Of a DNA stretch of 64,000 nucleotides, positions 49,845 through 64,000 are shown piece by piece (position 1 is the first letter of the stretch; every line of letters starts with the position of its first letter). Origin of the DNA: the human T2T-CHM13v2.0 reference genome, Homo sapiens; the NCBI RefSeq assembly GCF_009914755.1, contig NC_060947.1; one strand, given 5' to 3'. The notes beneath the pieces were generated by a model. It had not been told where the DNA came from. It saw only the letters and a list, made by a program, of their open reading frames with translations, and made no database searches. Position numbers and translations under genes: made by a program.

Positions 49845-50200
49845 TGCACTGGTTGGGATAAAGCTAGCTTCTGTAACAAAGGAACCCTCAACTCTTAATA
49901 TGGAAATTATTTCTTGCTCATGGAATAGTCCAACATGGTGCTCCTGGCTAGCCAGTAGTCCACACTGCTTCTGAAGTTCCTATACTCATTTGCATCAAGC
50001 CAGGAGACGAGGAAAGAACATGGAGGATAGCACAGTGAGGTTTTTTAAATGGGCAATGCAGGAGGTTGTGTATGTCAATTCTGCTCATACTACACTGGCT
50101 AAAAGTCACGTGGTCTTATCAGGGGTTGGGAAAAGTTAGTTCTAGTTAAGTGTTCAGGAAGAAGAGAAAAGAGGTTTGGTGAACAGCTTTCAATTTTCTA
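49845..50200 (-). mobile_element. Ancient MLT1 (K/L-type) LTR remnant
   Basis: 'gggataaagctagcttctgtaacaaa' start; heavily diverged. Confidence 0.5.
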
Positions 50201-50229
50201 CATCATTCTTACACTAAACTATATTGGTT

Positions 50230-50335
50230 ACCACAGAGGACATTTCTATATGAATTATGAATATAAATCAATAAACCTTGATCACCACAGAGGACATTTC
50301 TATAGGAGTTATAAATATAAATCTATAAACCTTGA
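50230..50335. repeat. Two-copy tandem duplication, 54-bp period
   Basis: 50230-50281 vs 50284-50335: 48/52 identical. Confidence 0.93.
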
Positions 50336-50807
50336 GCCTTTCATTGCATTCTTCGTTTTAAGGGAATTTACTGACCTTCATACTAACAGCTCAGTGCTAA
50401 TAGAAGTTGTTACAAGTCAGACAAGACCAATTTAAAAGCCAAAATCAAAACAATGTATTTATATATACAAATGTCAGAAGCAGGCATAAAGACTTTGTTT
50501 TTGAAAGTAGCAACAGAGAATTAGAGAAACCCCTTATGGGCCATGGAAAGGCCATTTACTTATTTATGGGGGGAACAAAAGAATGTTATTTTGGGCCCCA
50601 AAAAACAGTGGGATTTCCATCCACTACCTTTGGGTAAAATGTCTATACAATGGTAGCATGACTGCACATTTATGCTATGACATTTCCACATATGAGAAAT
50701 TTTTTTTCTTTTATCTAAGTATCACTAGGAAAAATTACTGTCGTGTGAGTAAATTAAAATTAGAAAAGTTTTTAGTATACTTTTTATCTCTTCCCTGTAT
50801 CTCACAG

Positions 50808-50910
50808 GTGTAAGGCATACAGAAAAATTGAGGAGCATTGTTGCGCTATCTAGAACCTTTTAGTACTGTGCAGAAACAGTACTGTATCAAACAAATATGC
50901 AATGTGAGAT
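50808..50910 (+). other. Candidate non-coding exon (103 nt)
   Basis: Long pyrimidine tract ...ctcacag| and donor GAT|GTGAGT; stops in all three frames. Confidence 0.3.
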
Positions 50911-51769
50911 GTGAGTACCTGTCCTTTTGCTGTGTTTGGTATGGAATCTGTCTCATTTTTTCTAGCATCTCGTTCTCATTATTGTTATTTATATTAAGTA
51001 CAGAAATGATTTTTCATATGATGTTTCTCTTCTGCTCTTCATTCTGAGTAGTGGGGGATGGGAGTAATAAGGAATATGCTAACTCATTTTACAATCTCTT
51101 TAATTTTGTAATTCACCACCCCCACCAAGTCAGAACTACATTTTTAACAGCTGCTGTGAAATAATTTTAATATCCACAAACTGAGGCTCAGTGCCTGAAA
51201 AAAAATCAACTTCTTAAAAATCTCCTTTTCCTGGTTGAGTTGAAGATCTCTACTTCATGTTGTTTTAATGTCGATGTGCAATCATCTCCTCTAATTTTGT
51301 CACACAGTGTGCTCTACAGGAAGCCCCCATTGCAGGAGATTTATGGGACTCTTGGCGAAGGATTCAATCAGAAATTGAGGAATGTAAATGAGCAGTGGGA
51401 TTGGAGTTCTCTACCTTTACTTGTTTATTAGAGTTTGCTTGAAAAATCTCTTACTTCAAACTAACATGTTAAAGAAGAAAAAAACAGAATCTATGATTTC
51501 TTGGCCTTTATTATTAAAAATAATTTGTAGTGCACTAAACTTTCTTCTTTGAAATAATCCCTTCCCAATCCTAAAGTAGTTTTATAAGTGCAGATGCCCA
51601 GGATAACAAATTAACAGAGATTTTGTTTCTTGTTATATCGCAGGAGCATCTTCTCTCTGCTTTATGCACCTCTAAAGAATGGCTCATGCAGAGTCTAAAA
51701 TAAAGAACTATGATGCAATATTTTAACAATAAAACTGTTAAGGATAATGCTATCTATATTTCACTACAC

Positions 51770-51950
51770 TCCTGCTACAATCTACATTTTACTAGGATTA
51801 TTACATCTACTGTAATACTTACAACAACTTTCTGAGTTTGTTGCTACTGTGCATATTTTATAGAGGAGGAAACTAAGGCTCAGAGAAATTAAGAAGCTTG
51901 GCCAGAATCACACAGTGGTAATTTAGTGGCATGATATTTGAATCTAAGTT
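51770..51950 (-). mobile_element. MIR
   Basis: 'attttatagaggaggaaactaaggctcagagaaattaag' MIR core. Confidence 0.72.
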
Positions 51951-52360
51951 GATATCCTGCTATGATCTATTTTTTAGTTGTCCACTAATGTTGGAGCTCC
52001 TTTCCTTCTACATGTGAGATTATTTGGAAGTAGATCATTGAGAAAAGATTATAATGTCAATGGGTAGTGCTGAAATCCACCAGCAGACTTTTCCTTAGGC
52101 TAGAGTTATCTTTAAAGGCAGTTGATGTTCCTTTGGAGTTCCACAACTCTGTCACTCCAAAATAGCCACTTCCTTGTTTGGATGTCTCTCTGTCTGAAAA
52201 AGTAGAGGTCAATTCCCATGCTAGGTTGAAATTTTGGAGAATGCCCCGAGGAGCTCCTCTACTCAATGCTTTTGCCTTAGCTTGCTACTCTTTTTGTTTA
52301 AAACAGCTCTCAATACTACTCACCATCCTCATCTCTCTCCAGTAGTATTAAATTTAATTA

Positions 52361-52690
52361 CAGTTGGCCTTCCCTATTGGAGGGTTCTACATCCATTGAT
52401 TCAACCAATTGAGGATCAAAAATACTTGAAAAAAATTTTGTCTGTACTGAATATGTACAGACTGTTTTGACATTATTCTATAACAATATGATATAACAAC
52501 TATTTACATAGCATTCACAGTGTATTAAGTATTATAAGTAATCTAGAGATGATTTAAAGTACACTGGAAGATGTGTATAGGTTATACACAGATATTATGC
52601 CATTTTATGTAAAGGACTTAAACATCTACAAATTTTGGTATCCACAGGAGGTCTTGGAACTAATCCGCCTTAGCTAGCAAGGGATGACTG
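52361..52690. mobile_element. MER2 (TcMar-Tigger) MITE
   Basis: TA|CAGT...ACTG|TA termini; 'ataagtaatctagagatgatttaaagt' core. Confidence 0.88.
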
Positions 52691-52884
52691 TATTTAAAAT
52701 TATTTGTTAGATGTTTGAAACTTCTATTTTATTTATTGATTATTAACTAAGTAAATGAAAATTAATACTTGCTAATGTACATTCAAAAATAAAGCTTTGA
52801 TTTATTTTACTAGCATGTTTAATTTTATACTGCCAGAAATATCTCACATTGACACTGCTCTCAACATATTTTTTTCTTTTAAAT

Positions 52885-53117
52885 AATTTTAATTTTTTCT
52901 AATTTCCAACTTTTATTTTAAGTTCAGGGGTATATGTGCAGAATGCGCAGGTTTGTTACATAGGTAAATGTGTGCCATTGTGGTTTACTGCACAGATCAT
53001 CCCATCACTCAGGTATTAAGTCCAGCATCCATTAGCTATTCTTTCTGATTCTCTCCCTCCTCCCACCCCCTGCTTTCTAACAGGCCCCAGTGTGTGTTGT
53101 TCTTTCCTACCCCCATG
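52885..53117 (-). mobile_element. Older L1PA 3' UTR fragment, cut by MLT2
   Basis: 'ttttattttaagttcagggg...caggtttgttacatagg'. Confidence 0.85.
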
Positions 53118-53667
53118 TGTGATGGCTAATATTGAGTGTCAACTTGATTGGACTGAAGAATGCCAAGTATTGTTCCTGGGTGTGTCTGTGAGGTTATTGC
53201 CAATGGAGATTAACATTTGAGTCAGTGGACTGGGAGAGTCAGACCCACCCTCAATCTGCATGGGCACCATCTAATCAGCTGCCAGTGTAGCTAGAATAAA
53301 AGCAGGTCGAGGAATGTGGGAGGAATAGACTGGCTAAGTCTTCCCGCCTTCATCTTTCTCCCCTTGCTGGATGCTTTCTGCCCTCAAACATTGGACTCCA
53401 AGTTCTTCAGCTTTTGGACTCTTGGATTTACACAAGTGGTTTGCTAGGGGCTCTTGGGCCTTCAGCCACAGACTGAAGGCTGCACTTTCGGCTTCCCCAC
53501 TTTTGAGGTTTTGGGACTCAGACTGGCTTCCTTGCTCCTCAGCTTGCAGAGGGCCTATTGTGGGACTTCATCTTGTGACAGTGTGAGTCAATCCTCCTAA
53601 TAAACTCCCCTTCATATATTCATCAATCCTATTAGTTATTTCCTTTTAGAGAACCCTGACTAATACA
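53118..53667 (+). mobile_element. MLT2A-type LTR (HERV-L 5' LTR)
   Basis: tgtgatggctaatattgagtgtcaacttgattgg...gagaaccctgactaataca, followed by a PBS-like gattttcatact. Confidence 0.9.
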
Positions 53668-56600
53668 GATTTTCATACTGGGAGTGTTTCTAGAAGAACA
53701 GACTTTTAAGGATGGAGTTCTTTCGTTGGTTTTGGGGTTTCTGGAGTTGGCTGCTTAACCTGATTAGACCCCAAAATGCTAAGGACTCTACTTCTAGTAG
53801 TATGAAGAACACTGATAGTCCTTGGCATGAACTGTTTAGAGAGCTATGCAAAATAAATGCATTTGATACTCCTTATTCACCGATCATGAAAGGCAAGGAG
53901 TTTAGTGACTCTATACACAATATCTTTGACCTTATGTGGAGAACCAAGAAATATAATGAAGTTGGTTGGTTGCTTCTAAGTTCACTGGACAAAGTAACGA
54001 AAGAAAACCATGAACTCAGGGATTCTAACTCTCGGCTCCAGAAGTGCATACAGAGCCTTAAATCTTCTAAGATTGCCCTGAGCTAGAGTCTTACTTAGCT
54101 CCTGTAAAGAAAGAGCTGAAATTGTGAAAAATCAGACACATGCTCTTATCATGCGATTGGCTGACCTTCAATGAAAGGTGCACACACAGCTTTGCAAGGT
54201 GTTTACTATTAAAGTGAAGGCATTCATTGGAAAAGAATGAGACCCTGCAACTTGGAATGGGGATGCGTGGAGGGCCTTGATGAAGCTGGGAATGCTGAGC
54301 TTGAAAACTCTGATGAGCCATTTTTGCCAGAGGAAACAGCTTCCCCATCCCCAGTGGTGGCAACATCCCCTCCCAGACCCACACTGCCATCAGCCTTTCC
54401 ACTTCTGTCTCAGGATATTAACCCTGCACTGCCTGAGGCAACAGTGATGGCCTCCCCTGAGGCAGTTGCCAAGCAAGACAATGTTGATTCTTCCCAGGAC
54501 CCACCCCCGACACCCCGTTTGCTTCTAGACCTATAGCTAGACTAAAGCCCTGGCAGATCCCTAGAGGTGAGGCTCAGAGTGTGACCCACGAGGAGATGTG
54601 CTACATTCCAAAAGAATGGCTTGAGTTTTCTAATTTATTTAAGTAGAAATCTGGAGAACAGACATGGGAATTGATATTAAGGGTGTGGGATAATGGTGGA
54701 AGGAACATAAAGTTGGATCAGACTGAATTTGTTGATTTGGGCCCACGAGGCAGGGATTCTGCATTTAATATTGTAGCTCGGGGAGTTACAAAAGGTTCTA
54801 ATAGTTTATTTGCTTGGTTAGCTGAAACATGGATCAAAAGATGGCCTTCTGTGACTGAGGTGGAAATGCCTGATCTCCCTTGGTTTAATGTAGAGGAAGG
54901 GATCCAAAGGCTTAGGGAGACAGGAATGCTAGAGTGGATTAGTCACTTTAGACCTACTCATCCCAGTGGTGGGGGAGGGTCCAGAAGACATACCCTTCAC
55001 CATTACTTTGTGAAATAGATTTGTGAGGGCAACACATGCGTCCTTGAAGAGCTCTGTGATTGCTCTTCTCTGTATGCCAGCTCTAACAGTAGTAATTGCA
55101 GTCACGCAATTACAAAATTTAAATTCATTGGGAATAATTGGATCCCAAGGTGGCAGGGGCCAAGTGGTAGCACTCAACCGTTAAAGGGAAAGTGGGCATA
55201 GTTATCATAATGGACAGCAGAGGCAAAGCAGCAATCAGAATAGTCTGACTCGAATAGAGCTCTGGCATTGGCTAATTAGTCATAGTGTTCCTAGAAGTGA
55301 AATTAATAGGAAGGCTACTGCATTCTTACTTAATTTATATAAGCAGAAAACTTCCAGGTCGAGTGGACAAAAGACTAATTTGAATTATAAAAACAGACAA
55401 TCATGGCCCTTCAATCAATTTTCAGACTTGAACCAGTTTACAGACCCAGAACCCCTTGAATGAAGGGGAGGCTGGGTCCCCTTAAGGAAGAACCCCTCTA
55501 CACTACCAATTTATGCTGTTAATCTTTCTCCCATCCTTCCCCAAGGAGACCTCCAGCCTTTTACCAAGGTAACTCTGCATTGGGGAAAGGGGAAAGATCA
55601 GACCTTTCAGAAACAGCTGGCAGAATCCCCACGTTGGCTCCCTGACTGGTAGGCTGAGAGCTATTGTGGTGGGAAAGGACCAATGGAAGCCATTACAGCT
55701 GCCTCTAGCTAGAAAAACAGTAAATCAAAAACAATATTGCATCCCTGGAGAGACTGCAGAGATTAATGCCAAAATCAAGGACTTGAAAGATGCAGGGGTG
55801 GTGATTCCCACCACATCCCCATTTAACTCTCCTATTTGGCCTGTGCAGGAGACAGATGGATCTTGGAGAATGACAGTGGATTACTGTAAGCTTAACCAAG
55901 TGGTGACTCCAATTGCAGCTGCTGTACCAGATGTGGTTTCATTGCCTGAACGAAGTAACACAGCTCCTGGTACCTGGTAGGCAGTCATTGACTTGACAAA
56001 TACCTTTTTCTCCATTCCTGTCCACAAACCCCACCAGAAGCAAATCGTTTTCAGCTGGGAAGTCCGGCAATATACCTTCACTGTCGTACCTCAGGGGCAT
56101 ATCAACTCTCTGGTTTTGTGCCATGATGTTGTTCGCAGAGATCTTGGTCACTTTTTCCTTCCACAAGATATCACCCTGGTCCATTACATTGATGACATTA
56201 TGCTGATTGGATCTAGTGAGTGAGAAGTAGCAAACACACCGGACTTATTGGTAAGACATTTGCATGCCAGAAGATGGGAAATAAATTCGGCCAAAATTCA
56301 GGGACCTTCTATCTCAGTAAAATTTCTATGGGTTCAGTGGTGTGGGACCTGTTGATACATTCCTTCTAAGGCAAAGGATAAGTTGCTGCATTTAGCCCCT
56401 CCTATAACCAAGAAGAAGGCACAACACCTAGTGGGCCTATTTGGATTTTGGAGGCAACTTGTTCCTCATTTGGGTGTGTTACTCTGGCCCATTTATCAAG
56501 TGACCCAACAGGCTGCCAGTTTTGAGTGGGGTCCAGAAAAGGAGAAGGCTCTGCAACAGGTCCAGGCTGCTGTGCAAGCTGCTTTGCCACTTGGGCCATA

Positions 56601-57171
56601 TGACCCAGCAGATCCAATGGTGCTTGAGGTGTCAGTGGCAGATAGGGATGCTGTTTGGAGCCTTTGGCAGGACCCCATAGGTGAATCACAGTGGAGGTCT
56701 TTAGGATTTTGGAGCAAGGCCCTGCCATCTTCTGCAGATAACTACTCTCCTTTTGAGAGACAGCTCTTGGCCTGTTACTGGGGTTTGGTAGAAACTAAAT
56801 GTTTGACTATGGGTCATCAAGTAACCATGTGACCTGAACTGCCTATCATGAACGGGGTGCTTTCTGACCCATCTAGCCATAAAGTGGGGTGTGCACAGCA
56901 GCATTCCATCATTGAATGATAGTGGTATATACATGTTTGGGCTTGAGCAGGTGCTGAGGACACAAGTAAGTTACATGAGGAAGTGGCTCAAATGCCCATG
57001 TTCCCCACTCCTGCCACCCTGCCTTCTCTCCCTCAGCCTGCACTGATGGCCTCGTGGGGAGTTCCTTATGATAAGTTGACAGAGGAAGAGAAGACAAGGG
57101 CCTGGTTTACAGATGGCTCTGCATGGTATGTAGGCACCAACTGAAAGTGGACAGCTGCAGCACTACAGCCC
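53668..57171 (+). mobile_element. HERV-L internal region: decayed gag and pol (RT to RNase H start), 3'-truncated
   Basis: Gag remnants 53712-55460; [12 protein letters not shown]...WRMTVDY and YIDD (56185-56196); WFTDGS near 57105; many stops and frameshifts. Confidence 0.93.
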
Positions 57172-57417
57172 TCTATTAGTCTGTTCTCATGCTGTTAATA
57201 AAGACATACCTGAGGCTGGGTAATTTCTAACAAAAAAGAGGTTTAACAGACTCACAGTTCCACATGGCTGGGGAGGTCCCACAATCATGGTGGAAGGCAA
57301 AGGAGAAGCAAAGACTCATCTTACATGGCGGAAGGCAAGAGAGCTTGTGCAGAGGAACTCCCGTGTATAAAACCATCAGATCTCATGAGACTTATTCACT
57401 ACCAGGAGAACAGCATG
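57172..57417 (-). mobile_element. THE1 LTR, truncated
   Basis: 'tattagtctgttctcatgctgttaataaagacatacctgag' is the reverse complement of a THE1 3' end. Confidence 0.88.
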
Positions 57418-57557
57418 AGCCCTCACCAGACACTGAAACTGCTGTCTCATTGATCTTGGACCTCCTGGCCCCCAGAAATATGAGAAATAATTTTTTAAAA
57501 AATATAAACCACCCAGGCTATGATATTCTGTTATAGAAGCCTAACAGGACAAAGACA
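57418..57557 (+). mobile_element. MLT1A/MST LTR 3' fragment
   Basis: 'ccctcaccagacac...tgatcttggac...tgttatagaagc...aagaca'. Confidence 0.75.
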
Positions 57558-58029
57558 GATGTATACCGGGGAATGGACTAGCCTCACTCACACTGATACA
57601 AGTAGAAAAGCATCTAAAGAAAAAACAAATCTTTTGATGATATAAGATGATGTGAAGTGGATTTAAATAAGCAGATTTTATTATTTTATTTTAACATTAT
57701 ATTTCATAGGCATATATTTTGTTTTTCTTTTGGTTATGGTTTTACTGGTATGAAGAATGAGTTAATAGAATGTTTTTTCAACTTAAATGATTCCAGGAAA
57801 AAGGTTCTCCCCAACAGTAACACTCAGTAATGATGTCTCTGTCTTTAGGGGAATTCTAGCATCAGAGTGATTTAAATTTGGTTAGCTTTGGACATACAAA
57901 CTGAGATCTCCTGCAAGATTCCCAATCAGAACAGAGATTGCATATATAAAACATATTAAAGATTTTAACATTCAGATAGTTATATGTTTGTATTTCAAAG
58001 GGCAAAAGCAGTCAATTCAATTAAATACT

Positions 58030-59148
<1,119 letters not shown>

Positions 59149-62100
59149 GGGGGGAGGGGCCAAGATGGCTGAGTAGAAACAGCTCTGTTCTGCAGCTCCC
59201 ATTGAGACGAATGCAAAAGGCGAGTGATTTCTGCATTTCCAACTGAGGTACCCAGTTCATCTCATTGGGACTGACTAGGCGGTTCGTGTGACCCACAAAG
59301 AGCAAGGAAAAGCAGCAGGTGGAATAACGGTTCACCTGGGAGGAAACTCCCTCCCCCAGCCAAGGAAGGCAGTGAGGGAATGTGCTACCCGTCTGGGGTA
59401 GTAGGCTTTTCCTACGGATTTTTGCAATCCATGCATCAGGAGATTCCCTCGTAAGCCTACACCACCAGTGCCTTGGGTCTCAAGCACAAAACTGGGCAGA
59501 CCCATGGCGGCTGCTCCAGTCAGCAGCCGTTCAGGGAAGCACTGAGCAGCAGGAGTTGTTACATACTCCGGTTGCTCTCGGAACTCTTGTGAGGTAGGAG
59601 AACCTTCCACTCCTTTTGAAAGGGGGCTGAAACCAGGGAGCCAAACAACCTTGCTCAGTGGGACCCACTCCCATGGAACCCTGCAAACTAAGACCCACTG
59701 GCTTGGAATCCCTGCTGGCCAGTCACAGCAGCCTGGAGTTGGCCTAAGATGACGGAGTTCCTGGGGGGAGGGGCAACCACCATCACTGTGGCTCTAATCA
59801 GCAGTTTTCGCCTGCCAGTGCTAGGAAGGCTGGGCAGTTTGGACTGGGTGGTACTCCCCACAGTGCAGCACAGTGGCTGTGGCAGATCGTAGCCAGACTG
59901 ATTATTTAGGTGGGACTTGGATCCATTCCTCGTCACTGGGCAGGGCCTCCCTGCAGGAATTCCAGCACTCCAGTGAGGGGCTTATAGACAGAACTCTCAT
60001 CTCCCTACGACAGAGCCCTGTGGGGAGGGGTGCCTGCAGTCTCAGGTTCAGTGGACTTAATCTTTCCTGCCTGCTGGCTCTGAAGAATTTGGGTGATCCG
60101 GACAAGGGGGATTCACCCAGCACAGTGTACCAGCTATGCTAAGGGATAGCCAGCCTGCTTCCTTAAGCAGGTCCCTGATCCCAGGCCTGCTGACTGGGTG
60201 AGACCTCCCAACAGGGGTCACCAGGCACCTTATACAGGAGAGTTCTGGCTGGCATCAGGGTGATGCCCCTCTGTGAAAAAGCTTCTGGAGGAAGGAGCAG
60301 GAAGCAATCTTCACTGTTCTGCAGCCTTCACTGGTGATACCCAGGCAAACAGGGTTTGGAGTGGACCCCCAGCAAACTGCAGTAGACCTGCAGAAGAGGG
60401 GCCTGACTGTTAGAAGAAAAACAAACAGAAAGCAGCAACAACAACATCAACAAAAAAGACTCCACAAAAACCCTATCCATAGGTCAACAGCCTCAAAGAT
60501 AAAAGGTAGATAAATCCACAAAGATGACGAAAAAACCAATGCAAAAATGATGAAAATTCCAAAAGCCAGATGCTTCTTCTCCTCCAAATGATCACGATAC
60601 TTCTCCAGCAAAGGGACAGAACAGGGCTGAAGCTGAGATGGATGAACTGACAGAAGTAGGCTTCAGAAAGTGGGTAATAACAAACTTCACTGAGCTAAAA
60701 GATTATGTTCTAACCCAATGCAAAGTAGCTAAAAACATGGTAAAAGATTACAGGAGCTGTTAACTAAAATAACCAGTTTAGAGAGGAACATAAATGACCT
60801 GACAGAGTTGAAAAACACAGCACAAGAACTTCATGATACAAACACAAGTATTAATAGCTGAATCGACTGAGCAAAAGAGAAAATATCAGAGCTTGAAGAC
60901 TATCTTGCTGAAATAAGGCAGGCAACAAGATTAGAGAAAAAAGAGTGAAAAGGAATGAGAAAAACCTCCTAGAACTATGGGACTATGTAAAACGACCGAA
61001 CCTACAACTGATTAGAGTGCCTGAAAGAGACAGGGAGAATGGAATCAAGTTGGAAAACACACTTCAGGATATCATCCAGGAGAACTTCCCCAACCTAGCT
61101 AGACAGGCCAACATTGAAATTCAGGAAACCCAGAGAACCCTAAAAGATCTACCCCAAAACACATAATCGTCAGATTCGCCATGGTCAAAATGACAGAAAA
61201 AAATATTAAGGGCAGGCAGAGAGAAAGGCCAGATCACCTACAAAAGTAATCCCATCAGATTAAAAGCACACCTCTCAGTGGAAACCCTACAAGGCAGAAA
61301 AGATTGGGGGCCAATATTCAACATTCTTAAAGAAAAGAATTTCCAACCCAGAATTTCATATCTGGCCAAACTAAGCTTCATAAGTGAAGGAGAAATAAAG
61401 TTCTTTTCAGACAAGCAAATGCCGAGGGACTTCACCACCAGGTCTGCCTTACAAGAGCTTCTGAAGTAAGCACTAAACATGGAAAGGAAGAATCATTACC
61501 AGCCTCTACAAAAACACACTGAAGTACACAGACCAACAACACAATGAAGCAACTACATTAACAAGTCTGAAAAATTAACCAGCCAGCATCATGATGACAG
61601 GATCAAATTCACACATAACAATATTAATCTTAATGGGCTAAATGCCCCCAATTAAAAGACACAAAATGGCAAGCTGGATAAAAAGACAAGACCCATCAGT
61701 ATGCCGTATTCAAGAGACTCGTCTCACGTGCAAAGATTCACATAGGCTCAAAAGAAAGAGATGGAGGAAAATTTACCAAGAAAATGGAAAGCTGAAAAAA
61801 GCAGGAGTTGCAATCCTAGTTTCTGAAAAAGTAAACCTTAAAACAACAAAAGTCAAAAAAGACAAAGAAGGGCATTACATAACAGTAAAAGTTTCAATTC
61901 AACAAGAAGAGCTAACTATCCTAAATATATATGTACTCAATACAGGAGCACCCAGATTCATAAAACAAGTTCTTAAAGACCTGCAAAGAGACTTAGAACC
62001 CCACACAATAATAGTGGAAGACATTAATACACCACTGCCAGTATTAGACAGATCATCAAGACAAAAGATTAACAAAGATATTGAGGACTTGAAGTCAGCT

Positions 62101-62976
62101 CTGGACCAAATAGACCTAATAGATATCTACAAAACTCTCCACTCCAAAACAACAGAATATCCATTTTTATCGGTGTCACATGGCACCTACTCTAAAATTA
62201 ACCACATAATTGGACATAAAACATGCCTCAGCAAATGCAGAACTGAAATCATAACAAATGGTCTCTCAGACCACACTGCAATCAAGTTAGAACTCAAGAT
62301 TAAGAAACCCACTCAAAGCCACACAACTACCTGGAAATTGAACAACCTGTTCCTGAATGTCTTCTGGGTAAATAATGCAGTGAAGGCAGAAATTAAGAAG
62401 TTCTTTGAAACCAATGAGAACAAAGATACAATGTACCAGAATCTCTAAGATGCAGCTAAAGCAGTGGTAAGAGGAAAATTTATATCACTAAATGCCCATA
62501 TCAAAAAGCTAGAAAGATCACAAATTGACACCCTAACATCACAACTAAAAGAACTAAAGAACCAAGAACAAACAAATCCCAGAGCTAGAAGAAGACAAGA
62601 AATAACCAAGCTCAGAGTGGAACTGAAGGAGATAGAGACAAAAAACTCTTTTAAAAAATCAACGAATCCAGGAGCTGTTTTTTTGAAAAAAATTAACAAA
62701 ATAGATTGCTAGCTAGACTAAAGAAGGAAAGAGAAAATATTCAAATAAACACAATCAGAAATGATAAAGGGAATACCACCACTGACCCTCCAGATATGCA
62801 AACAACCATCAGAGAATACTATAAACACCTCTATGCAAAAAACTGGAAAATCTAGAATAAATGGATAAATTCTTGAACACATACACCCTCCCAAGACTGA
62901 ACCAGGAGGAAGTTGAATCCCTGAATAGACCAATAACAATTTCTGAAACTGAGGCAGTAATAAATAGCCTACCAAC

Positions 62977-63008
<32 letters not shown>

Positions 63009-64000
63009 CCCAGGTCCAGATGGATTTACAGGTGAATTCTACCAGAGGCACAAAGAGGAGCTGGTACCATTTCTTCTGAAACTATTCCAGGCAATTGTAA
63101 AGGAGGAAGTCCTCCCTAACTCATTTTATGAGGCCAGCATCATCCTGATACCAAAACCTTGCAGAGATACAACAAGAAAAGAAAACTTCAGGCTAATATT
63201 CCTGATGAACATCAATGTGAAAATTCTCAATAAAATACTGGCAAACTGAATTCAGCAGCACATCAAAAGCTTCTCCATGATGATCAGGTTGGCTTCATCC
63301 CTGGGATGCAAGGCTGGTTCAACATACACAAATCAATAAAGGTAATTCATCATATAAACAGAACTAAAGACAAAAACCACATGATTATCTCAATAGATGC
63401 AGAAAGGGCCTTCAATAAAATTCAACATATCTTCTTGTTAAAAACTTACAATAAACTAGGTATTCATGGAACATATCTAAAATACTAAGAGCCATTTACG
63501 ACAAACCCACAGCCAATATCATACTGAATGGGCAAAAGCTGGAAGCATTCCCCTTGAAAGCCAGCACAAGACAAGGATGCCCTCTCTCACCACTCTTATT
63601 CAACATAGTATTGGAAGTTCTAGCCAAAGCAATTAGGCAAGGGAAAAAAAAATAAATGGTATTCAAATAGGAAGAGAGGAAGTCAAATTGTCTTTGTTTG
63701 CAGATGACATGATTCTATATCTGGAAAATGCCATGAACTCAGCCTCAAATCTTCTTAAGATGATAAGCAACTTCAGCAAAGTCTCAGGATACAAAACCGA
63801 TGTGCAGAAATCACAGGCATTCCTATACACCAACAACAGACAGAGAGTCAAATCATGAATGAACTCTCATTCACAATGGCCACAAAGAGAATAAAATACC
63901 TAGGAATATAGCTAACAAGGGAAGTGAAGGACCTCTTTAAGGAGAACTACAAACCAGTGCTCAAGGAAATCAGAGAGGACACAAGCAGACGGAAAAACAT
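59149..64000 (+). mobile_element. 5'-complete L1PA7/8-like LINE-1 running off the window
   Basis: ccaagatggc start, ~1.4-kb 5' UTR, disrupted ORF1 (~60524-61510) and ORF2 (from ~61593; EN and RT remnants). Confidence 0.93.
62978..63007 (+). repeat. A30 homopolymer inside L1 ORF2
   Basis: 30 consecutive A; the homologous site in the younger L1 (33874-33880) has 7. Confidence 0.95.

Noticed and set aside
53712-56832. HERV-L gag/pol ORFs as a domesticated gene
   Set aside because: Longest pieces are under 150 aa, with many stops and frameshifts.

Overview
Primate (very probably human or ape) AT-rich, L1-dense nuclear DNA; by eye about 45% LINE-1, six Alus, several MaLR/ERVL LTR elements, and MIR, L2 and MER DNA-transposon relics. 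There is no intact host protein-coding gene, RNA gene or CRISPR array, and nearly every ORF in the track is an L1/HERV-L remnant or an antisense repeat artefact. Subfamily names come from recalled consensus sequences, not a database search. Best structures: (1) a full-length, inactivated L1PA4-like element (30334-36525) whose 19-bp target-site duplication closes ~370 bp beyond its poly(A), enclosing two successively polyadenylated foreign segments (serial 3' transduction); (2) the same L1 keeps an open 180-codon antisense ORF0 and an intact donor pointing at a minus-strand exon/77-nt intron/exon module 2.3 kb away (198 and 384 nt, both multiples of 3); (3) a twin-primed inverted L1 with a 16-bp TSD inside a complete THE1D/MST element, sharing three transversions with the full-length L1; (4) local templated duplications (50-bp dispersed, ~95-bp inverted, 36-bp and 54-bp tandem). 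These are interesting cases of known mechanisms; I cannot support a new biological system from sequence alone.
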